Of a stretch of DNA of 64,000 nt, positions 51,814 to 64,000 are shown one piece after another. The notes below the pieces were generated by a model, which was not told the origin of the DNA, searched no databases, and saw only the letters and a program-made list of their open reading frames with translations. Source of the stretch: Candidatus Aminicenantia bacterium (lineage in GTDB: Bacteria; Acidobacteriota; Aminicenantia; UBA2199); contig CBDDBX010000043.1 in NCBI GenBank assembly GCA_965225955.1, positions 61,187-125,186 of the forward strand, written 5' to 3'. Numbering within the stretch: position 1 is the stretch's first letter; each line of letters opens with the position of its first letter. The translations under genes were made by a program, and so were the position numbers.

Positions 51814-52457
51814 ATGTATCCTGAAAATATGCTTAGAATACATGGTGGAATATATAAAGGAAGAAAGCTGAAAACCGTCAACGACCCTGGAGTCAGACCT
51901 ACAACGGCTAAACTCAAACTTGCATTTTTTGATATTTTACAAACGATATAAGAGAAACTGTGTTTCTTGATGGCTTTGGTGGTAGTGGTAACGTAGGACT
52001 GGAAGCAATATCACGTGGAGCAGATTATGTTGTATTTATAGATCAGCTTCAGGAGAATCTGAAAGTACTGAAACACAATATTGATAAAATTGGTATCCCT
52101 TCTGACTACTACAGATTAATAAAGGGGGACTACAACAGATCAGTAATCCAGCTACACAAAGAGGGGATGAAATTTGACATCGTTTTTCTTGACCCTCCAT
52201 ACAAACTTCTTGAATACGCCAATCCTCTCAAAATACTTTACAAGAGAAACATCATGGCTGAAAATGGAATTGTAGTTCTGGAAAGACCCAAAGCTCTCAA
52301 ATTTGACGCCAAATATTTTGAATTGTATAAAACTCACACTCTGGGGCAGAAGTGTCTCGATTTTTACAGGCTTCCCAAAGAAGAAAAAGATCTGAGTAGA
52401 ATATATTTCAGGGCAGGAAATTATCAGATTTTCCTGCCAGTCAGTTTTTCCAGATAA
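51814..52457 (+). pseudogene. rsmD: 16S rRNA (guanine966-N2)-methyltransferase RsmD with frameshift
   Basis: N-terminal frame 51814-51951 (MYPENMLRIHGGIYKGRKL...RPTTAKLKLAFFDILQTI*) and C-terminal frame 51960-52457 (FLDGFGGSGNVGLEAISRGA...DIVFLDPPY) are both RsmD-like; frames differ. T6 run at the switch. Confidence 0.6.
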
Positions 52458-52563
52458 TCAACCATAATTGAACCGGTACGGTTCTGGGAATACTTCTCAA
52501 GAGCCTTCTGCTGAGTATCCAGTACCTTCTGGCGGAACACAGAATCCGCAACAAGTCTGTCAA

Positions 52564-53214
52564 TTACCCTGCTATATTTACATACTCTTTTCTGTTAACA
52601 AGAATACCACCACGGTTCATAGTCTCCTTAACAGCTCCTGCATTAAATGCAACCACAGGTATATTAAGATAGAAACCTTCAGGTACAGGAGCACAGAACC
52701 CCTCATGTTCACTCATATGCAGATAGATATCTGCAAGTTTAAAGTAGGTCAGCAGTTCATCTTCCGGCACATGCCCGGTGAAGTGAATGTTTTCAACTTC
52801 CAGATCAGCTACCATCTTCATAAGAGCAGAGTGATAACGTTCAAAACCTCGATATTCTCCTACAATAATAAGTCTTGAATCTTTATTGAAAAGTTTCTGA
52901 TACATTGCAAAGGATTTTACAACGTCTTCTATTTTCTTATTGGGAATAATTCTTCCTACATAGATAATATTTGTTTTATCGTCTCTGAAAATATCATCAA
53001 CCACCGGAACCGGAGGTTTATCAAATTTATGAAAATTCATAACCAGAGGCAGGACTCCGGTATTATCAAACCCCGCTTCATCGAGCTCATCCACATTGTA
53101 CTGTGAATCTCCGAGAGCCAGATCAACTTTACCTACAAATTTTTTTAGTTCAAGACGACCTTTAAAGCAATCTTTAGCAAGAATCCTGTGGTAGTCCAGT
53201 AATGTCAGATACAA
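52564..53214 (-). CDS. Glycosyltransferase family 4 (GT1 clan), C-terminal domain only; truncated at the composition junction
   Basis: 216 aa. IIYVGRIIPNKKIEDVV and EHEGFCAPVPEGFYLNIPVV (E-x7-E). N-terminal Rossmann domain absent. In-frame stop at 53215-53217 where the TA-rich repeat begins. Confidence 0.65.
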   Translation of the reverse strand: MYLTLLDYHRILAKDCFKGRLELKKFVGKVDLALGDSQYNVDELDEAGFDNTGVLPLVMNFHKFDKPPVPVVDDIFRDDKTNIIYVGRIIPNKKIEDVVKSFAMYQKLFNKDSRLIIVGEYRGFERYHSALMKMVADLEVENIHFTGHVPEDELLTYFKLADIYLHMSEHEGFCAPVPEGFYLNIPVVAFNAGAVKETMNRGGILVNRKEYVNIAG

Positions 53215-53355
53215 TCATATATATATGATTATATGTGTGTATATATATATACATATATATATAATATAAATCTGTAATATATATATAAATGTATATATAT
53301 ATGTATATACACATATACGTACGTATATGTGTATTCCGTTATATTTATATACAAT
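53215..53355. repeat. TA/TG-rich simple repeats at the start of the eukaryote-like segment
   Basis: (TATATG)/(TA)n-type low-complexity sequence. Confidence 0.8.
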
Positions 53356-53914
53356 CAGAGCATGCCTGAACTCCTGTCATGGTGATCGCTCAGTGTGCCA
53401 GGCACATGACTTATGTACGTGGAAGACCACTGGGGATGCCACACATTGAAAACCCAAGCGCAGCAACTCGACAAAATCGGCGTATCCCATGAAGTCTTGT
53501 AGCAGAAAGACGACGTGAGGGCCGTTGTATATGCCTACATTTTAGAACTCTAGAACATACACATTTATTGTATACATGCTAGATATTAGAATGTCCAGTG
53601 ATGTTGCAGCTGCAAAAGAAATGCAGCCACAGAAGCTGTGACGTGGGTGGTGCTAACCCTTGAGACTTGATCGCCACAATCTTCATTGTCGCAGTACACA
53701 GCCTAAGACTCAATGTAAGTTTCAGGTTTTTTCAAGATCTGAAGTTCCCAAATCCATGCATCATGCTAATATGCTGAATCTTGTGTGGATCTAAGGAGGA
53801 TGTCGAGAAGTGGCATGCCGTCTATTGCCAGAAACTGACAGAGCTTTTTGACAACTACAAGGGCCGAAACCCGGATTACAAACACAAGAAACTCATCATC
53901 AAGTGATGGCAGAA

Positions 53915-54044
53915 ACCGATTGCCGGATTGCCGGATTGCCAGCAGTCCGGCAGGTGACGTACTGTCCCTTGCATCGATTGGTTGGATCGATTGAATCGAG
54001 AACTGGAAAATGCCGGCTGCGGCTGCTGCGGCTGCGGCTGCTGT
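53915..54044. repeat. Cluster of short tandem repeats: (GATTGCCG)x3, (ATCGATTG)x2, (GCTGCG/GCTGCT)n
   Basis: Read directly from the sequence. Confidence 0.7.
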
Positions 54045-54588
54045 GCTTGAACGATAAATCACCAGTGACCAGCAGTTTAGTGAAGGCAGCCACACCACAT
54101 GCTGGCGATGTTTGCTTTTGACTTCTTGCCAAAGTAGAAATCTTAGCCTCTCTATGCCTTTCTGATCCTGAAATAGTGGAAAATGGTGGGTTGAAAATCA
54201 AGACTCCCCCAGTCAGATTCATCCCGCGGCCCCAAACCTCCGAGCAAAATGGAGCTGACAATCACCCCCCATTAATGGCCATGAAGTCTTGCAAGCACTT
54301 GAAACCTTCATTTTCCCACATTTCCCCCCAGGTTTCAACGCCCTTCAAATTGGTGGTACACCTGCCGTTTTTAGTAAAAACCCAGCAGCTTTTCTACAGG
54401 CTCTGGTGAGGAAGAGCTTCGTAGCCCTGCTGCAGCAAAGGCAAAAGGCTCGCGCACGTCAGATGGCCCTGATGCAGGCGCAACTGGATACAGGTTGAAT
54501 GGTTTCTGGTATGGCAGTAATTTGTATCGAACTGTTTAGATATATGCTGTGTATGATTTGCATATATAATATATTTTAATACAACTAG

Positions 54589-54760
54589 ACATACATAGAC
54601 ATAGATACAGACACAGACATTGACATAGACGTAGACATAGACGTACACACACTCACACATTATATCCACAAGTACACACACACACACACATATATTTATA
54701 CGCATAAAAACATCCAGTTGGCTGTATGTATATATATATATACATAGTGTTATATGTATA
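54589..54760. repeat. Compound microsatellite (GACATA/GACAGA-type units, (CA)n, (TA)n)
   Basis: Read directly. Confidence 0.8.
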
Positions 54761-56483
54761 TCGATCCTATATATCAAAGTACATTTGAGTCTCCAGAACA
54801 TGTCCTGACTGTACACTATGTCTATCCCTGTCGTTGTTTCCGTTGGATTTTCCCAAGGATCACCTGCCAGGTGGTGAATCAATTGCTGGAAGAGAAATTG
54901 CTACAGCACGTGGTGAAATGCCTTCGTCTCTGGAGGTGCCATGATACTCTGCTGGTATTTTTTCAAGTCGTGTCCCAGTGCTTCACTCACTAAGCTATTC
55001 CCAATATTGCCGTAAATGGGTTGTAAATATTATCCCCAAATGGCAGGTTCAATATTAGGTTACCACATTTTTTTGAACATATCACCAACTGAACACAATA
55101 AAACTATAGCTGGCAATGGATACTTGAGATTAGAAAACCTAGCAGCATATGGCTTTGACCCTCCTTGAAAGTGCTGGGTCATCGCCCAGGTTGTCGCATC
55201 CACCCAGCATCAGCCAGGTCTAAAGCCGCCAAAGGTTCCATTCTGCGACGTGGTGGCCTGGTCCTGAAGCGCTTCCTTGATGCAAGCTGCGGGAGCCTCA
55301 GGGCGTCCTTGGCTTGATGTTCACCAAAGAATTGATGACCATCATGATGACCAAACTGCAAGTCCCAAAAGTGATGGACAACTAAAGCCAGAAGAGTCGA
55401 TCTACACAAAGCGCAAATCCCAAAGATCAGCTGGTCCATGCGAAGGACCAGCTGAAGTCTATCTTTCTGAACGTGATACACCACAGGCATGTTGACGTAG
55501 GCTTTTATATTAACAATTAATGCAAAAACATCAAAAACACTATGCATATGTATTCGTTCAGTGCCTTGAGGACCAAATTCAGCATCTCCCTTCATATCTG
55601 TGCCAAACACAAGCATTTGCAGCATTCACCGGAAGGTCTACGAAGATGGCTAAGCACTTGGATGGCCAATGTGGTCCGAGCAAAGAGGTGCATACCGCGA
55701 CAGCCTGTTGTTCCAAGGCCATGTTCCTTGACCCCAAATGTCACTACCTGCGCCATCCTGCCCAGCTCTGGCTCACAGATCCACCATGCCATGGACCTTT
55801 GCAGATCCCAGCGAGCTAAGCGGCTCAGTGCTTCTTGAGGTCTGTTTGACAAGCTTGATGAACCCAGAGATACAGCAGATAAAGCACGTGCTTTACAAGA
55901 TTGGTTTGCCCAAGAAATGGAGGATACACAATGTATGCTCCGGGATGAACAGAGTCCCTATTTGCGGTCTACCACCCCAAACCACCAGCAACCTGTTGTT
56001 TGAAAAGTTGAATACGTATCATTTTCCATCAATCCCTATCATTTTCCATACTTATCGTTGACTTTACCACTTTACCCATTGAAATCTCTTTCCTACCAAA
56101 ATTGGCACCCCTGCGACTAATGGGTCGCTTCAGTTTCAGTTGCCATGGCCTTGGGGCTGTCGCCCGTGTACCACTGGGAAACCAGCGATGATGCAGTCGT
56201 CACCTTTGACGCTGTCCATCGGAGGCTGGGTGAGTTTTTTTTTCTGCCCCCATGATTTTGAATGCCCAGTGGCCATAAATATCTCTCATTTGCTTTCCAC
56301 ATATTGTCTTAACGGTGAAGAGTTTCATAGTGTTTCATGTGTACGTTTGGGTGTTCCAAAAGCCTCGCTACAAGACATTATGGACAGGGTTCTATTTTTT
56401 TTGGTAGTATGTGGGTATTTCTCAAAGCAATAACACCCAATTTAGCTGCCATGTGAATGACGTTAAAATGGGTTCAGGTGCCT

Positions 56484-57066
<583 letters not shown>

Positions 57067-57403
57067 TCTATATAATATGACCTCCCAAAAATCGGAACGT
57101 GTATCATTGACCCCGTTGGTAGAATCGCATGACTGCAACAATTCTCTGATATTCTCAGTTCCTAAATTCCTAGACTCCCCATTTTGCCCAGAATTCCTAG
57201 ACCCTCCGCCTTTAGGGGGTGCCAGGATCATCCACATCCGATCTGGTGGCTTTGACACGGTGAACGTCATCGATGGTGCCATCGATGGGGAACCCCCTCC
57301 GGATGGCCTCTCCGTGCAGCTGGAGCAGGACCTCCATGGGATACCCATCAAAACCATTGATGAATGGTTTTTCCCATCAAAACGTCCATTTATGGGGGAT
57401 GAT

Positions 57404-57450
57404 CAATGGGAAATCCATGGGAAAATCCATGGGAAAATCATCATCTATGG
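57404..57450. repeat. 12-bp tandem repeat CCATGGGAAAAT x about 3
   Basis: Read directly. Confidence 0.7.
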
Positions 57451-60400
57451 GGGATTTCCCAGCTAGCCATGTGTGAAAATCCCGGAGGATATCCCCTTTG
57501 GAGTTGGACAGCAACTTGAAGTGGACCACATTAATGTTCGCTGTGGACCGCCTGCAGATAACTGATAGCTTCAACTAGAGCTTCTGAAGAAAGTTACCCA
57601 GATTCCCCTGGAGAGCAAATACTGACACGTGGGAAGCAGTAGCAACAATGTGTGCAATTCTGTTCTGTCACATGGCGACTTCCAAAAGCCTGGTACATTC
57701 AGATTCTGGTGTCATCCAGACCGCCAGGAAGGCATTCATTCTTTGAGATTTTCACCTGATGGGCTCTACTTCGCATTTCTGGCCAAGTCCAGACGAGTGG
57801 GAACAGTCCAGACGATGCAGCATCAACCTCAGAAGGGCAGAGAAAAGGGCGGGTTCGTCCAAAGATGATCTCAAAATCCAGTCGGTTAGAAAATCACCTG
57901 GGATACTGGCCCCTATTTTCTGGACAAAGCTCTTTACAAAGCTCTTTGGTATGGTGGCATCACGTCCCTCCCCAAGGCCTAAGCAAGTTCTTTGGCCAAG
58001 CTGCAAATGGAGCAGCAAGGCCTGGTCCCCATTGGATTGGACATCATGAAAACGCGTTCAGGTTATAGGATGTTATAGGTCATTGCATGCCCACCTAATT
58101 TTTTGTTTACTTCTGGTAAAATCTTGTTGTTTTTTTCCAGGACCCCAAAGAATCCTTGCTAGTTACTGAAGAGTCTCATCCACACCACGAAAAATCATGG
58201 CCGTGCGCACAGGCTGACTTTGAGATTCTGGGTTACTTTTGGCTGCCTGGAGGGCCGCAACTTGGTGTACCATGGTACTCGTAGGAAGATGACCTTTTGG
58301 TACTCAACAGAATGGCCAACTTCGGTTCAACTCCAGTATTCTTGTGGATGATCCGACCCATTGTGTCACGAATTTTGCTCGGTAGTTGGGAAGGTTGAGT
58401 TCATGCCTGGTTGGCCATTTTATATATCTTTACACCGCTTTTAAACATATTTGTCCATACCGGGCTGGTGGACAATTGGCAATTGATCCAGTCATTTTTG
58501 TGACATGTGACCCAAACACCAAGAAACACCACCTACTTTTATGCAATGGTGGTTCATTCTTCAGTCCACTAAATATATTTGTTTCAACGCTGCTTTTGAG
58601 ATTTTGTTTCGGCCTGCACAATTCCATGAACAATCAGTCCAACCATCAACCCAGCAGACATTTGACCAGCATCTAGTCCAAGCATGTCAGTGGAAACAAC
58701 ATATTCACAACTCATACCCAACACAACAACTTACACCAACTAACCATCTACCTCGTGATTTCACGGTAACCAACATCCAACCCATCCAGTTGCAACGTCT
58801 GCAGGCAGGACTGCAACTCTGGCCATGGTCAGTTCTCACGGAATCGAGATCTTTCGCCTGAGCTTCGAGCAGCAGCTTGGAAAAAAATTGGGCGTTGTAC
58901 CTATTTTATCCTATTTTATCCTATTTTCATATATTCAACATGATTCAACCATCCATTTTTGCGGGATCATTTTGAGCCATTCCGAAATGAACGGTAGGTC
59001 TTGCCGAGTCCAAACATATAGATGTTTGAGTCCCCCAAAAATTGAAGATGCACATCTAAACACTCTTTTTTTCCGACCAAGGAAGACCTGGAAATCGTTG
59101 AAGACCTTCCCCTCTTCTGTGCGAATTTGTTGGTTGGATCCTGCGGCCAGCACCGTATTGCTTTGCACTGGGACGCGGACTCTTCAACCCTTTGACTTCC
59201 GCAGGAGGAATCCTAAACTTCCAAGATTTGACCTTGTGTCTTGGCTGGTCTTGGCTATCACATGAGGAATTTGTGGGTTTAGTGAAAAATCTCCCAAGGA
59301 TGATATCAATGATATCACTTTCGATTTCCAGTAAACTACAGTATGTACTTCCTTTGTTCTTCCCTTCTACGGCATGGATCTCCTTTTGATAGTTGTCTCC
59401 AGTCACTGAGGTACTGACTCGCGGCCATTCCATTGAACCAGCCGATGTTGCACTGGTCACAATTTACGACTGCAGCTACTGCATACATGCAGATGGCCTG
59501 ACTGGCCGCTGGGATGTTAGTGTGTATGAATGCTTATATAATATGTCAGTTATATATGTTATCCTTTTTTTTTCGTTGGAAACTCACATTTATTTGCACC
59601 CACAAGCAGGTCTCTAAGCCATTTGGCGAAAGATTAAGTAATCAAGGCCGGAAAGTGACGCTTTTGTGCGAAGACAACCAACCAATCCTCTTCACTGGTA
59701 CTTTCAAGCTTGGCTTGTACAGACCCAAGATGATAAAAAGTCCACGTCACAAGATCGCAAGTGGCCCACAATACATTTTTTTCATTAATTGTGCATCGTT
59801 CCTTTTTCATCGTTCTGAAATACATCATACGAGATCTCAACCTCTAAGACTCTAAAAGATAAGATAATCATATAGATAAAATGATAAAACCACGATTTTT
59901 CTGCATATCTGAGAGCCGCCAATGGTTGCCCTGGAGATCCTCACGGCCGGCGAGGAAAAGTGTCCCTGCGCAACGTCACGAATTTGGAGCAAGGCACCCC
60001 GGAGCATGACATCGTCATCGACATCTCGGAGAGTGACACGCCAGTGGGTCCGCTACGTTTGTCGGTGGTGGACAACCTGCTGATTGTACACTGCTTGGAA
60101 AGGAGCCCACAGAATCCACAAAATCCACAGATCAAACTGAATCAAAGTCATGAACAGGATTCCTCCGGAAGTGGAATCGACTGGATTTATCTGGATTTCA
60201 TCTCAGTGACTTGTGAGGGATGGATGGGATTAGGTTAAACAGTTAAAATGGCTTTTGTTTTCTTGCCAGGATGGTGGCTTTGATCTTCGATATTCGACAC
60301 AAAGAACGTGACATCGTTCCAAGCCTCATCTCGCCATGTCTCTTGACAAAGCTCCAAGAATTTCTTTGATTTTGCAGATCAGATCTTTTTTTGTTGATAG

Positions 60401-61689
60401 CATCATATTTCTATGTAGATTAAACCCCTATCAGATACCCAAGTTCATCCAAGTTCTAGAGTTGGCTTCAAGGGCAAATGTCAAAATTCAATAGACAGGC
60501 GCAGCCAACGTTCAGCCAAGCGTCAGGTACTGTGACCTCTCACGAGGGCCCGTTGGTGATCTGGGATTACTTGGATGGTGGCATCGTATTGGATGCCAGC
60601 AAGGGTGTGGTGTATCAGTTGCGCCTTGACTGTGGCATCATTTTAGAGGATTTCTTATCGCGGCCACCGCATGAACTGGCCACTGTCCTGAAATTGCTGC
60701 TGCGGAGAACGGGATGCAGAGATCACATCGTGCAACTGCTGCGGAAGGGCTTGGTGTCCAAGACCAACTCCTCGGAAATGGCACAGGGATTTCAAGTTCT
60801 GAACTCGGCCTATCGACAGGTCATTGAAGCCTTATCTCAAAAATCGGGTACGCGGCAAACGACGGTTTCGCTTCAGGAGCTTGAGGCACAAATCGCATAT
60901 CAGTCAGTGCTGTCTGAAAAAGATATGGTGACATTGGTCTTCCATCCCCACTTCGTCATGAGTGAGGGTCTGGAAGAGAGCATTCCAACTGGAAACAACG
61001 ATAGCTTTGCATTGGAGAATTGGACCATTCCGGAAAGCCTTCGAGTGACAAATCCGGGCAAAGGAGGCAAGACCCCATATGTCTTGTCAGTGGTCATCAG
61101 CTATTTGCGAAGTCTGCTGGGACTTCAAATCTTGCCACACAAAATTCTGCAGTGCTTTGTCTTCGACATTTGCGTCTACTTCAGGCTGGATCACAGGGGA
61201 ATCAGTGATGGTTTGAAACGACCATAACATGACATGCTCATGGTACCTCATGAAGGGATTCTAGATGCAGGGTGAAGTAGACTCAGTAAACATCTAAAGG
61301 ATCTAAAGGTCCAAACATGATAAACATGGGGTTTTGCATCGTTTTCTGAGATTCTGTTTGAGTCAGACGTTGGAAGCTTGCATGCATGAAAACAGGCAAG
61401 AGCATCTGTTGCAACAGCTGCTGCACTATCATGCGGCGCACTCAGAAGTGGATTTCGCAAAACCTTCTGTGCTCTTCCAAAATTCCAAACCCTTCCTCAA
61501 ATTCATCCAAAATCGGCATCGGCATGGATGGCAGTTGCAATCCATCTTTGCCAATTCTTCTTTCTTCCGAACATCCACAGTTGACCCCACAATTGCGCCA
61601 AGAATCAATCCCAGAATTGCAGGGGCAACACAAATCACAGCAGCCCCCCCAAAATCAAATTGAGGTCCAAAGTCCCATCGCTTTCTTTA

Positions 61690-62015
61690 TATATTCTATA
61701 CAATATATATATATATATTCTATACAATATATATATATATTCTATACAATGTATATATATATATAATATATATTCTATACAATATATATATATATATATA
61801 TATTCTATACAATATATATATATATTCTATACAATGTATATATATATATTCTATACAATATATATATATATATATATTCTATACAATATATATATATATT
61901 CTATACAATGTATATATATATATTCTATACAATATATATATATTCTATACAATGTATATATATATATATATATTCTATACAATATATATATATTCTATAC
62001 ATTTCTATACATGTA
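61690..62015. repeat. Minisatellite, about 22-bp unit ATTCTATACAATATATATATAT x about 13 (variable TA length)
   Basis: Read directly. Further TA-rich arrays follow at 62215-62350. Confidence 0.85.
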
Positions 62016-64000
62016 TATCTTGCCCATACCCTCTATTTTTATCCATTTCCCAGTCCCCTCCGCCCCACGGTGCTTCGCTGCGAGGTCCTGTTGGACTCCC
62101 CGGAGCTGGCGCTGCGGCTGCAGATCTTGGCGAAGGACAGTCGGAGCTGGGCCACCCAGGCGAGCCTGGCACCTTGGCGCTGCTGGTGGAAATTGGAGAC
62201 ATATGTTGAGGCAAAATTGGTTATATATACTGTATATATACTGTATATATATACTATATATATATATATATTGATGATATAAATTTATATATACATATAT
62301 ATATACACTATATATATACACACTGTATATATACTATATATATATGTATACATAATTATATGTTGTTTGTTTTGAAACAACACATTGAGAATGACGGGTT
62401 GAATGGCTTAAAGTCTATAGACGTCATATTTTTGGAACATATTGGGAGGACATATCGGGAAAAACATGGGATTATCATAGAATGACTTGGCCAAATCTTG
62501 AGAAAAACATGTTTATCGTTCTGGAGATTTAGCTCAGATGAAGGGACAAGCAGGGTGGTAATAGGATGCCGGGATGCCTGAATGATGTAGAGATGGCTCC
62601 ACTTGAGCAAAATCAACATGGATGGTTTACTACTGATGGGATATCGGAGATGATCTCCATGTTGCGGATGTCAGTTTTTCCCACGATTTTTTGAGGGATA
62701 CAGGATACACCACATGGCCAGGGTTGCCGGTTGCCCCCGAGGACATGGCGTTGCGTGTGCGGGAGTTCTCTGTGGTGGCTGAGATGCTACTCTTTTCCGG
62801 GCAGTACCTGGACATTGTGCCAGGAACTCAGAGTTGAAGGATGCTCTGGAAATCTTTGGAAATGCTGAGCTTGGAGGATTTGGTTTGGCTGTCTCATGCT
62901 GTCTCAATTGGTCATCAACAAGCTGACTTAAGTTGAGTTATGACTTGACTATACTGTCTGAAAGATCAGCAACTTCCACCCCAGATGGTTGGATTGAACC
63001 TTTAGTCAAGACTAGTTCCTCCAGTCACCATGGCCACATGGCCGAGGCCGTTCATCGTGACTCAGAAGGATGTGAATTTCAAGGTGAAGACTCTGCTTGA
63101 GGAGTTGGAGAGCGACATTAAGGCCAATTCCGAAGATCCGGAGCTGATGCAGCATGCCGCTTGGATCCGCTTGGCAAAATGACACAAAATGGGAAGGAGG
63201 TATCTAGACTATTCTAGACTTAGTAGACATCATTTTGGTGGCATTTCATTTGCATTTCATGTATTTCATCCTCCATTTTGAGTCACTTTGCCCTCAAAAA
63301 AAGTGCCTCGATGTGCCCCGTATGGTGGCAGAGCTCCGTGCTTTTCGCACAGCGCATCAGCCCAGGTCTTAACTGAAATCCGACTCTGGAAACAGGAAGC
63401 CGATCTTTCTCCTCGATCCGCAGAGGGTGGAGGTTCTTGGGGCTGAAAACTACATGGCTCAAGCGGATGTTCTTGGTGAATTGATGTTACTCTCTGGCAA
63501 TTTCAACATAGCTATGGAACATCACCATTTTTAGTAGGTAACATCTATAAATGGGCCATGCATGGCCATGCACGACACCACGCAATCCTCCCTGCAGTGC
63601 CTCAACCTGACCTCGACGGATGCGAGAAATGGCTACCAGAGCTGGTTGGGACGCCAGCAATGCAAAACACAGCAGGATGAAACCGGATGAAACACCCCAA
63701 TAGTTCCTGTTGGTAGGTGTGAATTTTATTTTTTCATGGATTTGAAGTTGGCTACCTCGTCGCTTTGAGGTACTAACCAGACCAGGAGCTGTGGATTCTC
63801 ACATTGCCCCAGCACCCAGCCACTCCCAGGTCAACACCTTGACGTCCTGAGGGAAAAAGGGCGGCAGCGCAAATGTCTTTGGAAACGAAATGCCAGGAGA
63901 TATGAAGGCATATCTTGAAAGGCTGCAGATTGGCAGTTTCGAAGCTGCGGATTCTGGCCGTTTCTCTTTTGAACAAGTCCTAAACAAATCTTTTTGGGGT

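Noticed and set aside
52468-52878. 136-aa + strand ORF downstream of rsmD
   Set aside because: It is entirely antisense to the GT4 C-terminal domain, which has the canonical E-x7-E motif.
55179-55625. 148-aa minus-strand ORF in the eukaryote-like segment
   Set aside because: No recognisable domain. Mixed composition, surrounded by repeat DNA. Cannot be supported as a gene from sequence alone.
61690-62015. Possible CRISPR array (regular 22-bp repeats)
   Set aside because: The units are contiguous, with no unique spacers between repeats, and purely AT-rich. They sit in the eukaryote-like segment with no cas genes. This is a minisatellite.

Overview
The window is a composite. Positions 1 to about 53,215 are a low-GC bacterial chromosomal segment, by eye about 35-38% GC. 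Genes are Shine-Dalgarno-led and TTG/GTG starts are frequent. ClpA/ClpS, a BamD-like lipoprotein and outer-membrane beta-barrel proteins point to a diderm organism; I cannot place it more precisely (it could be spirochaete-like). Around 53,215 the sequence switches abruptly to higher-GC, microsatellite- and minisatellite-rich DNA that looks eukaryotic and carries no recognisable bacterial genes; a glycosyltransferase gene is cut exactly at the switch. The junction is within about 15 bp of 53,215: a bacterial gene is truncated there, so this is either a chimeric assembly or a host/symbiont or lateral-transfer junction.

The bacterial part encodes:
- a cell-shape cluster: mreB, mreC, mreD, mrdA (PBP2) and rodA
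- relA/spoT, uvrC, rpe, clpA and clpS, aat, queH, and a TrmH-family methyltransferase
- a large radical-SAM protein, a DctA-type symporter, an M24 aminopeptidase, a beta-lactamase-family hydrolase and a GGDEF cyclase
- four tandem paralogs of a small outer-membrane beta-barrel protein, two of them preceded by a duplicated upstream element of about 150 bp
- a seven-gene operon that couples four secreted or unknown proteins to a eukaryotic-like Ser/Thr kinase, a PP2C phosphatase and a membrane-anchored ankyrin protein, next to an RsbU/SpoIIE-type phosphatase
- a large outer-membrane protein with a peptidase-like, TolB-like and Omp85-like tri-domain layout.

Several genes are visibly decayed: the PP2C phosphatase, a multi-PAS heme sensor kinase, and rsmD.

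The best candidate for a new system is an island at about 14.6-18.6 kb, which looks AT-rich by eye. It has three tightly overlapping unknown genes, transcribed divergently from a 723-aa protein. That protein fuses an N-terminal HD phosphohydrolase domain to a C-terminal region resembling the IF-2B / MtnA / ribose-1,5-bisphosphate-isomerase (sugar-phosphate binding) fold. A perfect tandem 16-bp repeat sits next to a TTGACA box in the divergent promoter region. I know of no described system with this architecture.

No tRNA, rRNA, CRISPR array, transposase or integrase was recognised.
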